This document shows positions 36,504 to 43,777 of a stretch of DNA of 43,777 nt, piece by piece. Every line of letters starts with the position of its first letter. Position 1 is the stretch's first letter. The stretch lies in contig NC_057753.1 in the NCBI RefSeq assembly GCF_004010195.1, forward strand, positions 6,681,378 through 6,725,154. Reading direction: 5' to 3'. Position numbers and translations under genes: made by a program. The notes under the pieces were generated by a model. That model worked only from the letters and a program-made list of their open reading frames with translations, was not told the DNA's origin and did no database searches. The DNA is from Chiloscyllium plagiosum. Taxonomy: Eukaryota.

Positions 36504-37718
36504 TGTGATGGTGTTCTCAGTTCGAAAAGGTTAGTTTGTCACTGGTTTTGTTCAAGAAGGTTGCTGAAGGTAGAGACGCCGATGTATTTACTTTAACAAT
36601 GGCAACAGAGTTCTCGCAGTTGACGTTTTTTTATGGCTAGGTTTAGGTTCAGCCGGTGGTCAGAGCTGCTGATGGTAGAGAAGCTATTGCAATGAGTAAA
36701 CATTCTATGCTTCAGTGAACGTTTCTTATCTGACTTTCCTCTCTGAAATATTTTGCTACCCATCGAACCTGTGTTTGAATTTAACTTTTGCCAAAGGGTG
36801 TGTTCTTGGGATACTGTGAGAATTGGAACAGCTTCTTCGTTAAGTTGCCAGATCAAGTCAATTTTGTTTCCACGTAGTTAATGTCACAAGGCTGGTCCTT
36901 TTCTTTTTCCCTAAAAGTTGATCCTTTTCTCAAGGATATTGTGTCCTTGTTTTTTTTGCAGAGGGGTCATAAGCAAGTCGGGCTCCGAAACGGCTGGATT
37001 CGTTATAGAGAAAAAGATGCTTTTTTGTTTATATGTAAACCGGTGAGACTTTTGGCCAAAGCTTTCATGTCTTTAGAAATAAAATGCATAAGTCAAGGGG
37101 GATGACCAGGTCTGTAGCTAAACAGTTCGGTTCAGAAGTTAATTAGAGAATTTCAGCAGTGCAGCTGTGTGGAAACAGGCTGCCAATCTATGTTTCTACT
37201 TTTGCCCTTCTAACTTCGATCTGTAAGTCTTTCATTTTTTGTTCTGAGCATAAGTGGAGTGGCTTATGTGGTTAGCTGTGCATATGTGGAACGGCATAAT
37301 TATGAATAGTTTAGATAATCTGAGTTCTGAAGGTGCTCTTTCTTATGTTCTTTGTGTTTCATTCCATAAGAGCTTTTTGTCTATTTTTAAAACTGTTAGT
37401 GAATCTAGCTAACTTCCTCCGAGCAATTCTGTCTGTACATTTACAAAAATAAAACTGGAAAGTTACGGTCTGGGATAATTGCTGAAGAAATTTTTGAGAG
37501 GTCTGGCCTGGTCCATAACATTAAAATGTTCTAAATTCTGTTTTCTTCTGTTTCAACTGTAGTGTTGAACTAAATTATGTTTAGTTTAAAGCCGAGAGGT
37601 TTGACCAGGTGCATCAATCCTGAAACACCCGCCACGCACGTGCATTTAACATAAGAGAAAGTTATGGTCTGGTGTACCTTCTCAAAGTGAGTTGAGAGTT
37701 CTGGCCTGGTCCGTAACA
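36504..37718 (+). repeat. 3' LTR split by an inserted solo LTR
   Basis: PPT-like TTTAAGGAGGAG precedes TGTGATG; ends CCGTAACA; halves 36504-36881 and 37521-37718 align colinearly with the 5' LTR. Confidence 0.8.
36882..37520 (+). mobile_element. Solo LTR with TTAA target-site duplication
   Basis: TTAA|TGTCACAA...GGTCCATAACA|TTAA. Confidence 0.85.
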
Positions 37719-38668
37719 AATCTCATACACTTCATCGTTTTAATTTCCAGTCATAGGTTAATGATTTATTTAATTGGCTTTTAATTTAAAAAAAAAATCT
37801 TCTGAATTCTGCTGTCAGGGTGTGACAATCTGAAGAAAGCAATAGTTTGTGTACTTGAAATGTTTATTATTTCGAAAGAAAGACATGACATTGACATGTT
37901 TGCTCAATATGTCATGAAGTTATCAGTGTTCAACATAATGATTCTAAGCTCGAACCGTTATTGTACCAGCAGGATCACACCGTCAACAAAAATAAGCTAA
38001 ATATACTTGAACCGGTAGAAATTCTGTGATGACGCAAAGAGCTCTGCATCTGATGCAAATGAAGAAGTGGTGCATGCCTGTTTGGATTCAATGTATTTAA
38101 TAGATAAACTTGCACTAATGATAAAATGCAAGCCATCAATTTCAAAGTTTTGAACTAGCAGAGACATTACTTGTTGGAGAATTCGTTTGTTAACATTCAT
38201 ATTGTTAGCTTTTTCAAACGCTGCACATGCCTGAGGTAATGTATCACATTTAACCCTGATTCTATTATGAAAGAGTTACGAGGCAATGGGGCTAATTTTC
38301 TGTCTTTTATTTATTTTATGTGAGTTGCTCAAATGCCGTTTATTCATTGTGAAGCATTTGAAATAAGTAGATAACAGTACAAATATGCAGATAGAGGTAA
38401 ATACTAGGATTTCGTAATAATCCATTGCAAATAAAGAAACCCACTCTATTGTTGGTGCTCCAGGTGAGACTTCACCTGTAGCAGAAAATCATCAAACAAG
38501 GCCTCTAAATTAATTTGAGTTTCTCTAAATAAATTCAAGCATGTGTCGACGATTCATAACATGCTGACTTTCCATTCCAATTAAGAATTTTAATTTTTCA
38601 ATTCTCTGACAATGAATTGTTTATCGCTTCAATGTTGTAGAGTCAGGAATAATTTCATCCGAATTATT

Positions 38669-38989
38669 GGGGCTCAATGGCTCAGTATTGTGTCACAGCG
38701 CCAGAGATCCAGGTTCGATTGTAACCTTGGAAGACTGTGAAGAGTTTGCATAATCTCCCTATACCTGCGTGGATTTCCTCCGTGCGCTCCAGATTCGTCC
38801 CGCAGTCCAAAAATGTGTATGTTAGGTGAATTAGCTGTGCTAAATTGACCATAGTGTTCTCCAATATGTAATTTACGTCAGGATAATGAAGTGGGGAACT
38901 GAGTCTGGAATGGGTTACTATTCGGACGGTCCGTGTGGACATGCTGGGTCAAGTGACGTGTTTCCACAGTGGAGGGATTCTATGATTCT
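38669..38989 (+). mobile_element. HE1/V-SINE, near full length
   Basis: A-box-like GGCTCAATGG, B-box GGTTCGATT, V-domain GAGTTTGCA..TCTCCC..TGCGTGGATTTCCTCCG..CAGTCCAAA, CR1-like tail GATTCTATGATTCT. Confidence 0.88.
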
Positions 38990-39462
38990 TAGCGAAATTT
39001 GTTATAATTAACTGTTGTTCAATCGTCTTGTTTCTTGAATCAGGCAGCGACAGAATCTGGACGTATTGCGATTTATCTGTGAAACCAACAGCCTCATTCA
39101 TTGTACGTATGACAGAAAGTGCAAAAGGGCGGGACTCTTCGGTTTCCGACGTTAACACATTTAAGAACGTCCATGGTTATAGGTTCAGAAACAATTTGCT
39201 GTCTAAATACAGTTTAAAATGAAGGTTCTAGTTTGAGATATGACGAACATAACATCTGAATCCACAGCGATCTATTACGGTGGAAAACACCACGAAGTAG
39301 GAATTGGGTTGGCTCTATAAAAATGAATATAAAACTTCAAGCAAAATCATGGAAAAGTTATCATAAAGTCATACTGAGGAGGTGTTGTCATTTAACCATT
39401 ACCTACAATATTGAAATAAAAATCTGCTTCCTACTAAAATAACAAAAAGTTATTTCCAGTAA

Positions 39463-42421
39463 GTTGAATTGAATTGAATTTATTGTCACGTGTTTTGTGA
39501 GATATACAGGCAGATCACATAGTCAAGTAGCATAGATAAGTAAATAATACGTAAACAGCCGCAAAAACGTAAGCACAGGTACGGACGAATGTTAAGAGTT
39601 TTTAAGTCCACTCAGTATTCTAACAACAGGAGACTAGAAACTGTTTCAAAAGCGGCTGGTGCGTGTGTTCAGGCTTCTGTACTTTCACCCCAATGGTAGA
39701 TGTTATCGAAAAACATGCCAGCATGGGATAGACCTTTGAGAATACAGGCGGCCTTTCCTTGACAGCAGACCTAGTGGATGGATTCTATACATCGGAGGTT
39801 GGCCTTCGTGAATTTCTGGGACAAGTGCACCACTCTCTGCAACCTTCTCCGATCTTTAATGGTACACTTGCCATACCAGGCAGTGATACATCCCGACAGA
39901 ATGCTCTCGATGGTATATCCATAAACGTTGGCAAGGGGATTTGCTGTCAAACTAAATTTCCTCAGCTGCCTGAGGAAGAACAGATGTTGTTGGGCCTTTG
40001 TAACGAGTGTGTCCACATGAAGAGTCCAAGAAAGCTTGATGTGGATGACCACTCCCAAGAGCTGGTCACACTCCACTTATTCCACCTCTGTCTTCTTAAT
40101 ATGTAAGGGTGGTATAAGTAACATCCCTCCGAAAATCAATACTGACTTCCTTGCTTTTGCTGGCATTCAGAGCTAGGTTGTTCTCATTGCAGCATTTTTC
40201 CAGATCTTCCACTTGCCGTCTGTAGCCTGTTTCGTCGCCATGTGAAATTCGATCACTATGGTGATGTCACTTGCGAACTTGTAAATGGCATTAGTCTGTA
40301 TTTGACGACGCAGTCATGGATACACAATCAGTACAGTAGGGGCTGAGTACGCACTCATGAGGTCTCCAGTGTTGAGTGTTAGTGAGGATGAAATATTATC
40401 GCCAATCGTAATTGATTGTGGCCTGTGGGTCAGGAAACTGAGGGCCCAGTTGTAAAGAGTGGGGCTTTATCCCAGATCACGAAGTATAGTTAACAGTCTC
40501 AAGGGGATAATACTGTTGTAGGCTGAACTGTAGTCAATGAGTAGGATTCTTACGTACCTGTTCTTGGTGTCAAGATGTTCTACCGAGGAGTGAATGGAAA
40601 GTGATATGGCAGCTGACGTGGATCTGTTGGTCCAATATGCAAATCGGAGTGTGTCAAGAGTAGCGGGGAGGCTGGAGTGATTAAAGACATGACCAACCTT
40701 TCAAAGCACTTCATGACCACTGAAGTTAGGGCCACTGGGCGGGAGTCATTGAGACATGCTGCATGAGCCTTCTTAGGCACAGGCATGATTGTTGGCCTCT
40801 TGAAGCAGAAAGGGACTGTAGTCTGCTGTAAAGAGAGATTGAAGATGTCCGAGAAGACCTCTGCCAGTTATCTGCACATGCTCTGAGTGCACGGTTTGGT
40901 ACTGAGTCTGGTCCCATCGCTTTCGTTGGATTCATATGAGGGAAAACTGATCTGATTTCTGATGCAGTGGCTGTTGGGATAGGTTCATCAGTACTTGTCG
41001 AAATAGATGTTACCTCTCTACGTTATTCTGCTCAAAGCGAGCATAAAAGGCGTTGAGACGATCGGGGAGGGATGTGTCACTGTCTGTTATCTTGCATTGA
41101 TTATTTCTAGAACCTGTGGCGTCATTCAGTCCTTGCCATAGTCGCCAGGCGTCTGTCTGGGTCTCTTGTTTTGATGAGTATTGGTCCTTGGATGTGTCTT
41201 AATGACTCTGAGAGCATCATATTTTCCTGATCTGATGGCCTCATGCTTGTTTTTGAACACGTTCTGTGTGTTCTCATTCATCCATGGTTTCTTGTTGGGT
41301 TACTCCTGGATTGACTTTCTCGACACGCAATCCTCCAGACACTTGCTGATAAAGTGGTGGTGTACTCGTCCAAGGTACCTGCATACTGTTTGAACATGGC
41401 CCAATCAGCCGATTCCAGACGGCACCAGACCTGTTTCTGTGAGGGGGGATGGGGTATTTTGCGTGAGGTTTTGCTTGTAAGTTGGGAGAAGAAACACGGC
41501 ATTGTATTTGGAGCTCCCTAAATGAGGGCGGGTGATGTAGCGGTAGGCTTCTTTCACAGTGGTATAGCAGTGGTGGAAAACTTTCGGGCCCCTGGTGTGG
41601 CAGGTAATGTTCCGGTGGTAATTGGGCAGCACCTTCTTTAGATTGGCTTGATTGAAGTCGCCATTTACAATAAACAGGGCCTCCGGGTGTTCCATCTGCA
41701 GTGTGTTAGTGGGGGAGGGCAGCACATCCAGAGTTCCCTCACCCTTTGCTTGTGGCAGCATATATGCAGCAGCTACTGTAGCAGCGGTAAATTGCCGTGG
41801 CAGAATAAAGGAGCGGTGTTTGATGGCGTGGAATTCAAGGTTTGAGAAGTAATGGCTGCCCAGGTTTGCAATGTCCGTGCACCGCAAGTTTTTGATTAAA
41901 AAGGAAACCACTCCACCCTTTATCTTACCCAAGGACGCTGTACCATCCATACGATTGATAGAAAAACCATCAGCCTGTACTGGGCCGTCGGGAATGATGG
42001 GCTTCTGTAAAGCAGAGTGTCGTTCTCCAGAGACAGTACATTTTGTAGACTTAAGCCAGGAAGGGGCGTCTTGAAACTGCATAGTCTCAGTTTTACTAGC
42101 AGACTGGCACACATACCCCGCTTCCTCGCAAGTTTCTTACATCTGAGTGGTTCAGTGATCTGTCGGAGTGGATTGTGACTGCTTCTCAGTTAAGTGATCC
42201 TTCCTAGGACCCTGTGGAGCAGGTAGGTTGTGGTATAGTGTATTTTTGCACAGTGTCTGCTTCGGACTCAGTACAGCAGGTAATTTACTGTGAGTGTTTT
42301 TTTTTTTACCAGAAGGCATTTCCTTTGGACCCAGTGGAGATGTTCTTGGTTTTAGTTTCTGCCGATTTGCTGCTGCAAGTCGAGCCACTTTTTTTTTCAG
42401 AAGTGTTTGGGCTGCTCTCTA
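39463..42421 (-). mobile_element. Rex1/Babar-type LINE, near full length, inactivated
   Basis: APE: GDFNQANLKKVLPNY..TRG...[47 protein letters not shown]-terminus FLRQLRKF..TIESILSGCITAWYG; 3' AATAAA + (TTCAA)3 tail. Confidence 0.9.
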
Positions 42422-42423
42422 GG

Positions 42424-42564
42424 TAAGATACCATAAGACCATAAGACATAGGATGGAAGTAAGGCCACTCAGCCCATCGAGTCCACTCCGCCACTCGATC
42501 ATGGCTGATGGGCATTTCAACTCCACTTACCCGCATTCTCCCTGTAGCCCTTAATTCCTTCTGA
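42424..42564 (-). mobile_element. Short CR1 3' end, well preserved
   Basis: CCATAAGACCATAAGACATAGG..GGCCACTCAGCCCATCGAGTCCACTCCGCC..ATCATGGCTGAT; 8-bp tail repeats. Confidence 0.8.
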
Positions 42565-43289
42565 TCGATGTCATGTCAGGCAGGTAACTTATGTGGTCGA
42601 GAGCATTTCGTGTCGGTTCTCCTTCCTGGGGCAGGTCTCTCGAGTCCCTCAATTTTTCGGCCGGCCCCAAGCCTGAGACTCACGTAGGCTGACTCCGGCT
42701 GACTTGGTCTTCTTTTGGGGTGTTAACAATGTAACAAACCATTCGATGGAGTGGCTTTTACATTTCTACATGCCTCGATTTAACTGTAAAGCATTCAGGG
42801 AATAAAGTTCTCTATTAATGCTCGTTGAATATTCATGATTGTTAACAGAGGTCTATTCGTTGTATTTTGTTGCCTGAATTATTAATCAAAGATTAACTAT
42901 TTGAACAATTGAGTGGGTGTTTTGTTCTCTCTCTTTTTGAGCGTGAGTAATTCATTATGATATGACAGTGGGCCATAATGTCATGAACAGCAACATTTTC
43001 ATAGAAAAATAATGAAAAATGTTTTTTTTTTAATTAGTGACCATAAGTAGATCTAAACGGAATGACGTTTGAACAATACCAACAAAAATACGAGGAGCGA
43101 AACTTCTTTTTATAAGCGTTTAACCAACTTGTACATTATTAATGCTGATTGGCACATTACATATGCGCTGAATTTTTGTAAGAAGTGTTTCAATCTGTTC
43201 CATGAATTAAAAAAAAACAATCGGATAATATATGGATTACAAGATTAATTCACAGAGACAAAAACACGAAGAGGAAAAGATCGGGAAAT

Positions 43290-43420
43290 AAAAGTCGGGA
43301 AGAGAAAGCACAGGTAATGCTTATAGTACAGGGAGCTTTCTTCAGAGCTCACTATAGCTAAGGAAAGGCTGCGGTATATGCTAAAGTTGGGCGGTGTGTG
43401 GTGTTGGTGAGAAAATGTTT
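43290..43420 (-). mobile_element. Decayed Penelope pLTR remnant
   Basis: Minus strand AGCATATA..CTTTCCTTAGCTA..CTCTGAAGAAAGCTCCCTGTAC..GCTTTCTC; CUGAAGA retained, GAAA lost. Confidence 0.45.
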
Positions 43421-43648
43421 GTGAAGGCAAATTAAAGAGAGAGAAAACAATTAGTTAGACTGACAATGTGTTGAGAAAGACCACTTGAGGGGAACAATAG
43501 CTGCTAATTGCCACCATTAGTAACTAAACATTGGACAGATAAAGCAGCAAACCATGCAATGACAAGCACCATGCTTGAGGATAAGAGTAAGACATGGCAG
43601 AATGCCTCACCGACATAGAATTAGTGAACTCGACATTGAATTTGAAAG

Positions 43649-43777
43649 GGGTAAAAACAATGACTGCAGATGCTGGAAACCAGATTCTGGATCAGTGGTG
43701 CTGGAAGAGCACAGCAATTCAGGCAGCATCCGAGGACAGGCAAAATCGACGTTTCGGGCAAAAGCCCTTCATCAGGA
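43649..43777 (-). mobile_element. 3' end of a Penelope-like element (same family as 4172-7428), cut by the window edge
   Basis: Reverse complement closely matches 7300-7428. Confidence 0.92.
43745..43777 (-). ncRNA. Minimal hammerhead ribozyme, intact core
   Basis: TC-CTGATGA-A-GGGC-TTTT-GCCC-GAAA-C-GTC-GA; perfect helix II; predicted cleavage between 43748 and 43747. Confidence 0.85.

Larger units (their letters stand above)
29763..37718 (+). mobile_element. Gmr1-like Gypsy LTR retrotransposon (gag-PR-INT-RT-RH), ancient and nested
   Basis: Gag YISFWKVAKQMK..LEEFKNSL..LAAELSDDY (30975-31420); knuckle remnant ~31585; protease remnant ~31895; INT KVLIDCAGAL, ATRFSKG..FFTRY (32580-32980) and KAYSQD..W.KGI.FV.F.IR, VGDKVLV (34260-34800); RT VPKPNG, LDLLRGCWQVP, YQFQVMPF, YID (35130-35700); RNase H VSDVSVGTLLLQE, RPIGYFSR, DELSR (36010-36320). 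5' boundary approximate. Confidence 0.9.

Noticed and set aside
37997..38200. Short ORFs in unique-looking sequence
   Set aside because: No recognisable domain or convincing splice signals.
38669..38730. tRNA gene candidates here and at 15640-15703 and 22500-22565
   Set aside because: A/B boxes only, no full cloverleaf; they are SINE heads.

Overview
Repeat-dense vertebrate genomic DNA, not prokaryotic. The repeat repertoire (HE1/V-SINE, CR1, Rex1/Babar, Penelope-like elements, Gmr1-like Gypsy) points to a cartilaginous fish, most likely a shark; this is inference from family recognition, with no search run. The only apparently intact host gene is a two-exon, minus-strand class A GPCR of the GPR139/GPR142-like type (exon 1 24159-24090, exon 2 20559-19658, 323 aa). 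The ORF track misses its first exon. Other content: a decayed C2H2 zinc-finger pseudogene (~9.9-10.6 kb); a near-complete Neptune-type Penelope-like element with a partial tandem copy of its 3' end (4.0-7.4 kb); several Penelope pLTR remnants carrying minimal hammerhead ribozymes, two with intact catalytic cores (8695-8734 +, 43745-43777 -); an ancient Gmr1-like LTR retrotransposon with integrase upstream of RT (~29.8-37.7 kb), itself interrupted by a CR1 insertion and by a solo LTR with a TTAA target-site duplication; a near full-length Rex1/Babar LINE; many CR1 fragments and SINEs; and a cryptic ~64-bp degenerate tandem array at the window start. I found no convincing wholly new biological system. 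The best leads are the hammerhead-bearing pLTRs, the divergent orphan GPCR, the Gmr1-like element and two unexplained promoter-like motif clusters. Repeat boundaries are approximate.
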